A stretch of 47,208 bases of DNA from a bacterium (GTDB lineage Bacteria > Zhuqueibacterota > Zhuqueibacteria > Oceanimicrobiales > Oceanimicrobiaceae): NCBI GenBank assembly GCA_046757025.1, contig JBHHXN010000023.1:1-47208 (forward strand), written 5' to 3'. This document shows positions 28,905 to 38,522 of the stretch, piece by piece (within the stretch, counting starts at the first letter, position 1; every line of letters begins with the position of its first letter). A model generated the notes under the pieces. The model saw nothing but the letters and a program-made list of their open reading frames with translations, searched no databases and was not told the origin of the DNA. The translations under genes and the position numbers were made by a program.

Positions 28905-29960
28905 TCAGCTTGCCTCCTTCCCTTTCTCTTTTTTCAATTCTTGTGCGGTTTTGAACGAATGTGCCATGATATCCAGCTGGCGCAGAAACGGCTCTTTCTC
29001 ACCGCCAGGGAAAAACACCGCGATGTCGATCAGGTAAATTCTCGCCGAAGGCTCGTCGTAAAAACAGTAAGTACGAAAGGGGCCGCCGGCCTGTTTTTGC
29101 TCATTCTCCCAAAGACCTTCAAGCATCACGGCGTTGCGGTTGAGGAACACCGTTTCCTTTGATTTGGTGTATCCTTCCACCACGCGATCATTTTCATAAA
29201 ACTTAGCTGTCAATTTATTGCGCGTTGCAACGATCCATTTTTCCTCGATGACATTTGGATCGCCCTCTTCGATCCAGTGTACGAACAGCCAGCGCTCCCG
29301 GCCCGGCAGACTTCGGCGTAACATCACAAACTGGTCGAAGGTTCGCTCCACGTTGACGATATAATCGTGTTGTATGCGCAAAGTCCAGCCAAACTTCTCT
29401 AGCAAGCGATCCGCCAGATCGGTTTGCTCCAAGGTGTAATACATCTGATCGCGGGTCTCTTCGAGCAACTTTTCTTTAAATAAATTGTAAAGGTATTCTT
29501 TGTTTTCCAGTAATTTGGACTGTAATTCAGAAAGCGTGTTGCTTACCAGCACCACCAGCAGCTGATTGTCCGCCCAGGGGTTGTTTTTGGGAAAGACAAA
29601 AGCGCTCCCCTCTTCCACCATGTTTTTAACTTTTAGAGAAAGCATGTTTTGTATCTTTTGATTCAGGTCTCCGCTGGACTGTAAAGCGCCGGTGAGCACG
29701 AGATTTTTTTTGGTGGCGAACTCAGAAAAGCGCCGGGGCGGCACCCAGACGATTTTAAAGACTTTTTCAGGCTGCGGCGTTTTGATGACTTTTTCAAACA
29801 CCTCCGAAAAAGTCGGCTGCAGCACCTGCCAATCGGTGGAATCCGCCACCACAAACAGAATGGTGTCGCCCCCCAAACTCTTGGGCTTCTTAAAACAGCT
29901 CAAAGCAAACAGCACCGCGCCAATCAGCACACCGTACAAAATAGGTCTTGTGATATTCAT
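28905..29960 (-). CDS. DUF4837-like lipoprotein
   Basis: Lipobox FALS-C; TPQPE, W...QL and GLW......GGPF...F.PG..K motifs. Confidence 0.7.
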   Translation of the reverse strand: MNITRPILYGVLIGAVLFALSCFKKPKSLGGDTILFVVADSTDWQVLQPTFSEVFEKVIKTPQPEKVFKIVWVPPRRFSEFATKKNLVLTGALQSSGDLNQKIQNMLSLKVKNMVEEGSAFVFPKNNPWADNQLLVVLVSNTLSELQSKLLENKEYLYNLFKEKLLEETRDQMYYTLEQTDLADRLLEKFGWTLRIQHDYIVNVERTFDQFVMLRRSLPGRERWLFVHWIEEGDPNVIEEKWIVATRNKLTAKFYENDRVVEGYTKSKETVFLNRNAVMLEGLWENEQKQAGGPFRTYCFYDEPSARIYLIDIAVFFPGGEKEPFLRQLDIMAHSFKTAQELKKEKGKEAS

Positions 29961-29972
29961 AAATACCTCTCG

Positions 29973-30917
29973 TTATTTTTGGATAAAATACAAAATTGAC
30001 GAACCATTTCTTTTGGACCGCACCCGAAATCGGCTGGCGTAAATCAGTGAAACCAGAGCCACGGCTTTCGCTCTGACAAGAGACGCCGGCAAAAAGATTT
30101 TTTTGCGATTTGTTCTTCTGTTTATGAGCATCTCGCTCATCAGGCAATTAAAAAAAGCATCCAGAATGAGCTGCTGGTATTTGACTATTTTCAAACCGAC
30201 GCGCCCGCACAATCGAAGAAAACTGTGCGGCTCGAAATGCGTCAGATGCCGCGGGGCGTCCAGGGCCACCCAGTAGTTCTGGTAAAAGCGCGCGTCAAAA
30301 CTGGCGATATCCGGAACCGCCACCAAAATGATGCCGTCGTCTCTCAAGATCTCTTTTGCGTGCCGCAATGTCGCCACAGGATCGTAAAGATGCTCCAGTA
30401 CATGCCATAAAGTAATAACATCAAAACTTTTTTTCAAATAATTAATTTCGTTAAAATTCTCCGTCAACACTTTCAACTGGTAGGCTTTGTGCGCAAACTC
30501 CGCGGCGGCAGCATCTTTCTCCACCCCCTCCACCCGCCAGTTGTGCTGCTGCATTTCGTGCAAAAACTCACCGGTGCCGCAGCCAATATCCAGCAAATGG
30601 CCCGGACTCTGGTATTTTTGAATCAAGCGTCTTTTGTGGCTGAGCGCGTGTTCACGCACATAGCAGTAAAATTTATCCAATAAATTTAACCGGCTCTGCG
30701 TGGAGACAAACGGTTGATAGCCGCTGTCTTCATAAAATGCCGGCATGGATGCAGCCGCGGGCCGGGGGTTCAAATAGGCCAGGCCACAGTTGTCACAACG
30801 CACGATCTGAAATACCTCACCCGCTTCCGGATGAAATCGATCCGGTGCTTGAAAAAGCGGTCGATATTTTTCACTACCGCAAATGAGGCAATCAGTGGTT
30901 TCGAATTGAACTTGCAA
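29973..30917 (-). CDS. Class I SAM-dependent methyltransferase with N-terminal CxxC...CxxC
   Basis: LDIGCGTGEFL, FDVITLWHVLEH and LDAPRHL motifs. Confidence 0.88.
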   Translation of the reverse strand: MQVQFETTDCLICGSEKYRPLFQAPDRFHPEAGEVFQIVRCDNCGLAYLNPRPAAASMPAFYEDSGYQPFVSTQSRLNLLDKFYCYVREHALSHKRRLIQKYQSPGHLLDIGCGTGEFLHEMQQHNWRVEGVEKDAAAAEFAHKAYQLKVLTENFNEINYLKKSFDVITLWHVLEHLYDPVATLRHAKEILRDDGIILVAVPDIASFDARFYQNYWVALDAPRHLTHFEPHSFLRLCGRVGLKIVKYQQLILDAFFNCLMSEMLINRRTNRKKIFLPASLVRAKAVALVSLIYASRFRVRSKRNGSSILYFIQK

Positions 30918-31003
30918 CGCGTCTGATTTGGTTATTTTCGCAATTTCGACTGTAAGAAATGGATTGAGCCGGATACGACATTTGACTACTCCTTTTTTAC
31001 AAT

Positions 31004-32053
31004 TTACGACGGTAGATTAAGTTTCAGTTTTTCAACGGTGCGAATGCCTTTCACAAAATAATCGACCACGATGCTGCGGCGGTACATCAACGATCGCACC
31101 TGTGCATCGCGGCATTTACGCAGTTTTTGCACCAGCGGGCGTTTTCGCAAGATCTTTGGAAGGTGAGTGAAAACGTAAAGCAGTGCCCACGTCACCGCCC
31201 GCAATCGCACGAAATCCCCTTTCACCAGTGCAAAAACCAGCGTCAGGCATTCAAAAAGGATTCGCAGCGGCAGCACCCAGAGCAGGCTGCCCATGGCATA
31301 ATTTTTTAACAGCAGGATGAGATTGTTGCGATGATTGAGATAGGCTTTTTGCAGAGAATCGCTGCGCAAGGTGGCGGCGCCGCTGTGATAAACCACGGCT
31401 TCTGGCGCCGCTGCCACTCGGTAGCCCGCCAGGTGCAAACGCCAGCACAGGTCGATTTCCTCCATGTGGGCGAAAAAATCTTCGTCAAAATAACCCACTG
31501 CTTCCAGTGCGCTCTTTCTGGTCAGGAGAGCGGTACCCGAAGCCCAGAATATCCCGCCGCCTTCATCATATTGCCCGGTGTCGTATTCGATGCTGTCAAA
31601 GATGCGGCCTTTTGCAAACGGATAACCGAAAATATCGATGAGCCCGCCGGCGGCGCCGGCATAGTCAAACTTATTCGGGTTATTTCGCGACAGAATCTTG
31701 GGCTGGCAGGCGGCAATGCGGGCGTCGCTTTCACAACGCTGCACCAGCTTCTCGAGACACGCTGGCGCCACCATCGCGTCGTTATTCAAAAATAAAATAT
31801 ATTTTCCCCGCGCCAGCGTCATGCCGGCATTGCAGCCGCCGGCATAGCCTAAATTCTCAGCATTTTGCCTTATCTCAACATGCGGAAATTTGGCTTGAAC
31901 AAATTCCACGCTGCCATCGGTGGAGTCGTTGTCTGCCACGATCACCTGCTGATTTGGGTAGGGAGCCTTCTCCAAAGAGTGCAGACAATTTTCGAGCAGT
32001 TCCTTTCCATTGTAGTGCGGAATAATAATCGATAACAGCAGCTTCTCGGCCAT
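31004..32053 (-). CDS. GT2 family glycosyltransferase
   Basis: DNDSTDGS, NLGYAGGCN, FLNND, WASG and FFAHMEEIDLCWR motifs. Confidence 0.9.
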   Translation of the reverse strand: MAEKLLLSIIIPHYNGKELLENCLHSLEKAPYPNQQVIVADNDSTDGSVEFVQAKFPHVEIRQNAENLGYAGGCNAGMTLARGKYILFLNNDAMVAPACLEKLVQRCESDARIAACQPKILSRNNPNKFDYAGAAGGLIDIFGYPFAKGRIFDSIEYDTGQYDEGGGIFWASGTALLTRKSALEAVGYFDEDFFAHMEEIDLCWRLHLAGYRVAAAPEAVVYHSGAATLRSDSLQKAYLNHRNNLILLLKNYAMGSLLWVLPLRILFECLTLVFALVKGDFVRLRAVTWALLYVFTHLPKILRKRPLVQKLRKCRDAQVRSLMYRRSIVVDYFVKGIRTVEKLKLNLPS

Positions 32054-32087
32054 AGAGAACGGGGACGATCAATTGCTTATTTTGATG

Positions 32088-35030
32088 TTATGGCTTTTCG
32101 GATGCGCCATTGCTTTTTTCTTTTTTAGTCGAAAGCGTACTGTCCATTTGATTCGCTATTATTTTCAAACTGGCCAGTTGACTTTGCGCCTGCTTATCGG
32201 TTGGATGCTGCACCAGCCATTTTTCCAAAATTTCCACACCTTTATCGAACTGATTGGTGCGCGTGTAATGACTCACAAACCAGCCATAGGTTTCCGGAAA
32301 TTCCGGATGCGCATCCAAAATCGTTTGCGCCAGCGATTCGGCTTTGGCGTCGTTATTCAAATACTGAGAATAATATTCCGCCATGTACAATTTATCCATG
32401 GGCGCTAGATAATAAATTTCAGGCGCTTTTTTTAACCTTTTTTCCAATTCTTCCGGCCGGCCGGCTGCCGCATAAATCTGTCCGAAGTTAAGTGATAACC
32501 GGAACGTTCGCAGCGGGATGACTTCTTCGGGCATGACTTCGTTCATTTTGTCCAACACCGCCAGGGTTTTTTCATTGAAGGTCTTGTCCGTTTTACTTTT
32601 AGATTGATAGTAACTGGTGAGCCGCAAAAACGCCGAGCGGTAATTTTGCAGCAATCCCACGATATTGTTGTTAAAAAACACATCGGGATTGTTTAAGTTG
32701 CGATAGCGGAATTCTTCAAAAATATTTTTTTCCAATTTAGCGGGAGCGATAAAATCACGCGGACCGCCGTAAGGCATGATTTTAAATGCCAGGCCATCCA
32801 TCCGCAGGTAATTTGCCAGCCCTTTTACGTTGCGCCGGTTATCCAGGCCGAGCATGTTTTCCGGCGACACCGTCACCGCAAAATAGAGCGGCTTTTCAAA
32901 ATTATTGGCAGCGATGATGTGCAGAACCAGGCGATCCTGCACCAGCAGTACTTTGTGTCCGGAAATCTCACGGGTGTGCGTCAACTCGAATTTGATAGCC
33001 GGATTTTCAGGGATATCCTCTTCAGACAAATCGGCGTTGTCCTCATCGTTTTTCAAATATTCCAGCACCTTTGACCGCGGCACTTTGATTTCAACTTTTT
33101 TGGCTTGCGGCCACAAACTCGGCCCCAGGTTTTCAATTTGCGCATCTGTGAAGTTGATGGGCACCCTGGGTTCCTCATCCCGAAGCTGCTTGATATACCA
33201 GTCGGTGTTCAACAGGCTCAGGTTCACCACCCGCACGTCCGGTCGGATGCCTTCCACATACTGCAGATACCAAAGCGGAAAAGTGTCGTTATCGCCGTTG
33301 GTAAAAATGATTGCTCCGGGCTCACACGACTGCAGAATGTTGTATGAATAATCCCAGGCCACAAAATTGCCGGTGCGATTATGGCTCTTATAGTTGAAGT
33401 CGAATAAATTGAACGGCACCGCGATAAAGAGTATAACCAACGTCAGAGTCACGCCAATTTTCCGGAGCAATTGACTCTGCCGAATGGAACCGAGCACCAG
33501 CTCCAGCAGCGCGCTAGCCCCGATACCGATCCAGATAGAAAACGCAAAAAAAGAGCCCACGTAGGCGTAATCTCGTTCCCGCGGCTGCGGGTCCTCCTGG
33601 TTGAGATAAAGCGTGATGGCCACACCGGTCATGATAAATAATGTCAAGATGGAAAGAGCGCGTTTCCAATCGCGGTTAAAATGCTGAAACATACCGATCA
33701 TTCCGATCAGAAACGGCAGCGCCATTAAGCCTTTGGTTGAAATAGTTTCCACGATATAATTATCTGAACCCAGCGTGCTGCCTTTGCCAATGAACTGCCA
33801 GCCAAAATATCTGACGTACATTTTCTTGATCTGATATTCCCACACGGGCGCCCGACGTTCGGTTAAAGGAATATCGCCATACTGCTCGCGGTTCAAATAA
33901 CTGGCAAATCGTGAAGGCACATCAGGGTGATTTTCGTTGATGGCCGGTTTTAAACCTGAACGAATGTAGATCATAGAGTAGGTGGAATACCCGATCAGGA
34001 TCAGGGTGGTGGCCAGCAAAACTGTGTGCAATAAAGGCGTTCTTTTGAAACCAGACATCATATTCTTAGCAAGATTCGAAATCACGTTTCTGGCCAGCCG
34101 GGCCACCACTAAAAATCCAATCAGAAAGAGATTCATCTTGATCACTTCCGGGTTTGTATAATTCCCGGAACCCAGGGTAACAGCATTAAACAGTACCACA
34201 TAAAGTAATATAATTAAATAGGGTTTCTCGGAAGTTTGAAAGGCGAATGGCATGATTAAAAACGGACCGATGAGCAACGCCGCCACCGTCAAAACACTCC
34301 AGAAAGAAAATTCCTGCAATAGCCACGGGATACCCTTTACGATGACGGGATAGATCGCTCCAAAAACGGCGACAGCGCCCAAACTCCACAACAAAAATGT
34401 GCTGAGTTTCAATTCAGCTCTTTTAAAATAAATGATCAAAAATAAGGTGGGGATGGCTAAAATATTCAACAAATGCACGCCCGTGGCCAGACCAATTAGA
34501 TAGGCGATGAGCATCAAGTATTTGTCGTTCACCGGTTCCTCGGCTTTTTCCAGCCAGACCAAAATCAACCAAACCACGAAGGCCGTAAAAAACATGGACA
34601 CCGCGTACACCTCCGCTTCCACGGCGTTAAACCAGAAAGAATCGGAGAAGGCTAAACCTAACGCGCCGACGATTCCGCCTGTGTAAATGATCAGCTTTTC
34701 TTCCATGGCTTGCGGAATGCCCCTCCACTCCCGCATTAGGCGAACGATGATCAAATAGGTGAACATTATGGTGAAAGCGCTCACCAGCACCGAAATGATG
34801 TTCACTCGCAAGCCGATATCACTAAAAAATGGCAGCATGGTGAATATGCGGCCGATCAAAATATACAGCGGTGAGCCGGGCGGGTGCGGCACACCCAGTA
34901 TGTAGGAGCAGGTGATAAATTCACCGCAATCCCAGTAAGAGGTGGTTTTGGCTACGGTCATGCCATAAACGACCAGCGCGATTAGAAAAATTACCGCACC
35001 AATAATTCGATTGAGTTGTCGATGTTCCAT
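32088..35030 (-). CDS. DUF2723 (TMEM260-like) GT-C fold membrane glycosyltransferase with C-terminal TPR
   Basis: WDCGEFI...LGVPHPPG.PL, FWFNAVEAEVYA, QPRERDY and FTNGDNDTFPLWY motifs; many TM helices. Confidence 0.85.
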   Translation of the reverse strand: MEHRQLNRIIGAVIFLIALVVYGMTVAKTTSYWDCGEFITCSYILGVPHPPGSPLYILIGRIFTMLPFFSDIGLRVNIISVLVSAFTIMFTYLIIVRLMREWRGIPQAMEEKLIIYTGGIVGALGLAFSDSFWFNAVEAEVYAVSMFFTAFVVWLILVWLEKAEEPVNDKYLMLIAYLIGLATGVHLLNILAIPTLFLIIYFKRAELKLSTFLLWSLGAVAVFGAIYPVIVKGIPWLLQEFSFWSVLTVAALLIGPFLIMPFAFQTSEKPYLIILLYVVLFNAVTLGSGNYTNPEVIKMNLFLIGFLVVARLARNVISNLAKNMMSGFKRTPLLHTVLLATTLILIGYSTYSMIYIRSGLKPAINENHPDVPSRFASYLNREQYGDIPLTERRAPVWEYQIKKMYVRYFGWQFIGKGSTLGSDNYIVETISTKGLMALPFLIGMIGMFQHFNRDWKRALSILTLFIMTGVAITLYLNQEDPQPRERDYAYVGSFFAFSIWIGIGASALLELVLGSIRQSQLLRKIGVTLTLVILFIAVPFNLFDFNYKSHNRTGNFVAWDYSYNILQSCEPGAIIFTNGDNDTFPLWYLQYVEGIRPDVRVVNLSLLNTDWYIKQLRDEEPRVPINFTDAQIENLGPSLWPQAKKVEIKVPRSKVLEYLKNDEDNADLSEEDIPENPAIKFELTHTREISGHKVLLVQDRLVLHIIAANNFEKPLYFAVTVSPENMLGLDNRRNVKGLANYLRMDGLAFKIMPYGGPRDFIAPAKLEKNIFEEFRYRNLNNPDVFFNNNIVGLLQNYRSAFLRLTSYYQSKSKTDKTFNEKTLAVLDKMNEVMPEEVIPLRTFRLSLNFGQIYAAAGRPEELEKRLKKAPEIYYLAPMDKLYMAEYYSQYLNNDAKAESLAQTILDAHPEFPETYGWFVSHYTRTNQFDKGVEILEKWLVQHPTDKQAQSQLASLKIIANQMDSTLSTKKEKSNGASEKP

Positions 35031-35242
35031 AAAGATCAAAGCCTCCTGATAATGTCAAAATGAAAAGTCAGTTCGAATGCCCGGCATGCCCAGGTTGTTT
35101 TTTTTTAGACATGTCAGTGTTAAAAACATGCTGCCGGCCCAGAAGCCGAGTAACTTGAATCCTCAGATTTGTATTTTTTGTTTGGTTGTAACCCTGACCC
35201 GGTTAATTCAATACTGAAATCATTCGGTCAGAATAATCTTAC

Positions 35243-37345
35243 TCATCCAATTCTGGCCAGTTCAAATTTTTCGCGATAATTCTTAAAAAAATGGGCCCGC
35301 ACCGGCGCGTTGTGGAAATCCAAAATTTGTTTGTCTTTTCGCGCTAATTCAAACGCCTCTTCCCGCGCTTTCAGCAACAGCTCCGTGTCATGGACGATGT
35401 CGGCGATGCGCAACTGGGGCAAACCATGCTGGCGCGTGCCAAAAAATTCCCCCGGCCCCCTGAGCTTGAGATCCACTTCCGCAATTTTAAAACCGTCGTT
35501 GGTTTCAGCCAGCGTATTTAAACGCGTTCGGGCGTCATGGGAAATCGGATACTGGGCGATCAAAAAACAGTAAGATTTTTTATGGCCCCGGCCTACCCGA
35601 CCGCGTAACTGATGCAGTTGCGGCAGACCAAAACGTTCCGCGTTTTCCACGATCATGATGGTAGCGTTAGGCACATCGATGCCGACTTCGATGACGGTGG
35701 TGCTCACCAGCACCTGCAAATGGCCGGCTTTAAATTCCAGCATGACCTGCTCCTTTTCTTCGCCTTTCATGCGCCCGTGCAGCAAGCCCACCTTAAATTC
35801 GGCAAAAATGCCCTGACGTAAATTATCATAACTCTCAATGGCGGCTTTGAGATCCATTTTTTCGGATTCTTCCACCAGCGGGAAAATGATGTAAACCTGC
35901 TCACCTTCCGCTATTTTCGATTTCACAAATTGGTAGATATCCGACCGCTTTTTATCGCTGCGCCAGTAAGTGGCAATGGGTTTGCGGCCGGGCGGCAGCT
36001 CATCGATGATTGAAAAATTCAGATCCCCATACAGCGTCAGCGACAGCGTGCGCGGAATGGGCGTGGCGGTCATAACCAGGACGTCGGGCACGTCTCCCTT
36101 TTCCATGAGCGTGGCGCGCTGCAAGACACCAAAGCGATGCTGTTCATCCACAATAGCCATGCCTAATTTTTTGAATTTCACCCCCTCCTGAATGACCGCG
36201 TGCGTGCCCACTACGATGGCCGCCTCACCGGTTTCGATGGCGGCAAGAATTTCACTGCGCTGGCGTTTTTTCTGTTCACCCTTTAACAGCACAATCTTCA
36301 CTCCCAGCTCTTCCAGTAGCTTGTGCAATGTGAGAAAATGCTGCTCGGCCAGGATTTCCGTTGGCGCCATCAAAGCGGCCTGATAGCCGTTTTCCACCGC
36401 CATCATCATCGAAATCAACGCCACGATGGTTTTACCGGAGCCGACATCCCCTTGCAGCAAGCGATTCATGGGCGATTCTTTTTTCATATCTTCGCGAATT
36501 TCTTTCAACACTCTTTTTTGTGCTTGCGTCAGCTCGAACGGCAACGATTCGATCAGTTTGCGGGTTCGGTCGCCCACTTTGAGAAACAGGATGCCTTTGC
36601 GCTTGATCTCGATACTTTTTTTTCTGAAAGCCAGCATCAGCTCCAGATAAAACAGCTCCTCGAACTTCAACCTTTTGCGGGCCGCGCGCAAAGCATTCTT
36701 GTCAGAAGGAAAGTGTACGTTTTCCATGGCCGGTCGCAGCCCTACCAAGCCCTGACGCTTTAATATTTCAGAAGTCAAAGATTCACGGAGAAAGCAGACG
36801 TTTTCCCGCAAAGCGGTTTTCAGCGCCCGCCGAAATCCCCGGCTGTCCAACCCGACTTTGGTCAACGCCTCGGTAGAGGGATACAACGGGATGATGCGAC
36901 CGGTGTGTAAAAAGTTATCATCGCCTTCATCCGTCAGCCGGTCGAACTCGGGGTGCACCATCTGAAACTCGCCAAAAAATCCCACTTTCCCGCTGAAGGC
37001 GATGGTTTCGCCTTTTTCAAATAGCTTGTTCCAGTATTCCACCCGGTGAAACCAGATGCAATTTAAAAATCCCGTGCCGTCGAAAAGCGTCAAAATGAAA
37101 CGTTTGCGCCGGCCCTGCTTGATGCCGCAAAACTGCACTTTGCCCACCACGGTGGCCATCATTTCGGATTTCAGATCTTTAATTTGCGTGATATGACTGC
37201 GATCCAAATAACGGCGGGGGAAATAATAGAGCAGATCCAGGATGGTTTCGACCCCAATTTCTTTGAGACGCCTGGCGCGTTTCTCACCGATACCTTTCAA
37301 ATACTGAACAGACGTATTAAGGTTATTTTCGTTGGTCTCCGTCAA
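35243..37345 (-). CDS. recG: ATP-dependent DNA helicase RecG
   Basis: RLLQGDVGSGKT, MAPTEILAEQH, DEQHRFG, MTATPIPRT and QLHQLRGRVGRG motifs. Confidence 0.97.
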   Translation of the reverse strand: MTETNENNLNTSVQYLKGIGEKRARRLKEIGVETILDLLYYFPRRYLDRSHITQIKDLKSEMMATVVGKVQFCGIKQGRRKRFILTLFDGTGFLNCIWFHRVEYWNKLFEKGETIAFSGKVGFFGEFQMVHPEFDRLTDEGDDNFLHTGRIIPLYPSTEALTKVGLDSRGFRRALKTALRENVCFLRESLTSEILKRQGLVGLRPAMENVHFPSDKNALRAARKRLKFEELFYLELMLAFRKKSIEIKRKGILFLKVGDRTRKLIESLPFELTQAQKRVLKEIREDMKKESPMNRLLQGDVGSGKTIVALISMMMAVENGYQAALMAPTEILAEQHFLTLHKLLEELGVKIVLLKGEQKKRQRSEILAAIETGEAAIVVGTHAVIQEGVKFKKLGMAIVDEQHRFGVLQRATLMEKGDVPDVLVMTATPIPRTLSLTLYGDLNFSIIDELPPGRKPIATYWRSDKKRSDIYQFVKSKIAEGEQVYIIFPLVEESEKMDLKAAIESYDNLRQGIFAEFKVGLLHGRMKGEEKEQVMLEFKAGHLQVLVSTTVIEVGIDVPNATIMIVENAERFGLPQLHQLRGRVGRGHKKSYCFLIAQYPISHDARTRLNTLAETNDGFKIAEVDLKLRGPGEFFGTRQHGLPQLRIADIVHDTELLLKAREEAFELARKDKQILDFHNAPVRAHFFKNYREKFELARIG

Positions 37346-37401
37346 ATTTTTGTTTTATTGCAATCGTTTTTAATCAATGAATTCAATTTATCTTCAAGAC
37401 C

Positions 37402-37524
37402 CCTTGTTCCGCGCGACTGCATCGCGCGGAACAAGGCGCTTGACCCAACTGCGCGCGCGGGCTGTCCGCCCCGAACGGCGGTGCTACCAGCCTGCATGCT
37501 CTTGGGTCAACGCCGCGATTAGGC
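37402..37524 (+). other. GC-rich palindromic island: perfect 15-bp hairpin overlapping a degenerate attC-like site
   Basis: Hairpin arms at 37402-37416 and 37422-37436. attC-like gcggAAC-AAGGCGCTTGACCCAA...TTGGGTCAACGCC-gcg-ATTAGGC at 37426-37524. Confidence 0.5.
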
Positions 37525-37634
37525 CATGTTATTGATATTTCATTTTTGATAAACTATTTTATCGTTTATCTTTTACCAATTCTGCATTGTTTCCGGCTAA
37601 GTTCCGTCAGTCGACAATGGATTTCTTCTACTTT

Positions 37635-38477
37635 TTAACTCAAAGAAGGTCTCACAGCTGTGAATTTAACACTTGCCACATTTCCTCCTACCAGAGCGAG
37701 ATCTTCCTCAGCAGGAGGCGGAGTGAAATCTTCGCCAGGACAACACGCCATTGCTTCCAATTCTTCGGGAGTGAGAGTATGATGAGCCACGATCTGAATC
37801 TCAACAAAACCCGCCTTTTTTACCGTCTGCCAGTATTCCTTTTCTGCAATTGCCCCTCCCAAACATCCCGCCCAACTTAACTGGAAGCGCTCCCGCAATT
37901 CAGGGTTAATGTCATTTGTAAAAACAATATCCGAGATGGCGAGCCTCCCTCCGGGCCTCAGAATACGAAAGGCCTCTTTATAAACGGCGTCTTTGTCGGA
38001 GCACAAATTGATGACACAGTTTGATATCACAACGTCTGTGCAACTGTCGGGAAGTTGAGAATTCCCCATATCTGCGACACAGAGTTCAATGCTTCTGTCT
38101 TTCAATCCTGCCTCCGTCACCGTCTGCTTTGCTCGTTCAATCATTTGATGAGTAAAATCGATACCGACCACCTTACCCTGTTCACCGACTTTATTCGCAG
38201 CAAGAATGACGTCTATCCCGCCGCCGCAACCAAAATCTACCACCACATTGCCAGGCTGGAGTTTCGCGAAGCCAGTGGGATTACCACAACCCCGTGAGAG
38301 ATTGAGAGCAAGCTCTGGCACCAAATCAAGTTCTGCCTGCCCATAGAGTCCTGAATCAATTGCATAGCCCGAACCGGGCTCTCTCTTGCTTGGTCAACAG
38401 GATTCCTTGTTGCCGCCCGTTTCAGCGAATTTGCCATAGCGGGTCTTCACAATTTGTCTGATTTCATTACTTTTCAT
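37635..38477 (-). CDS. arsM: Arsenite methyltransferase-like protein, probable selenoprotein (Sec28 encoded by TGA 38394-38396), 280 aa
   Basis: GCGNP, DFGCGGGID, SNCVINL, WAGC.GGA and C-terminal CC motifs. Upstream in-frame MKSNEIRQIVKTRYGKFAETGGNKESC-TGA-PSK matches the ArsM N-terminus. Confidence 0.85.
38362..38393 (-). promoter_or_regulatory. Bacterial SECIS-like hairpin
   Basis: After UGA: ccaaGCAagagagAGCCC-GGUUC-GGGCUaUGC. The G-starting apical loop lies 18 nt downstream of UGA. Confidence 0.7.
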
Positions 38478-38522
38478 TTTTCTCATTCCTTCTGTTATTT
38501 CAATAACATAAAGGCTCAAGGC

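Noticed and set aside
38237..38437. 66-aa ORF suggesting arsM is split by a frameshift
   Set aside because: The true ArsM N-terminus is in the same frame as the main ORF, separated only by the TGA, so no frameshift is needed.
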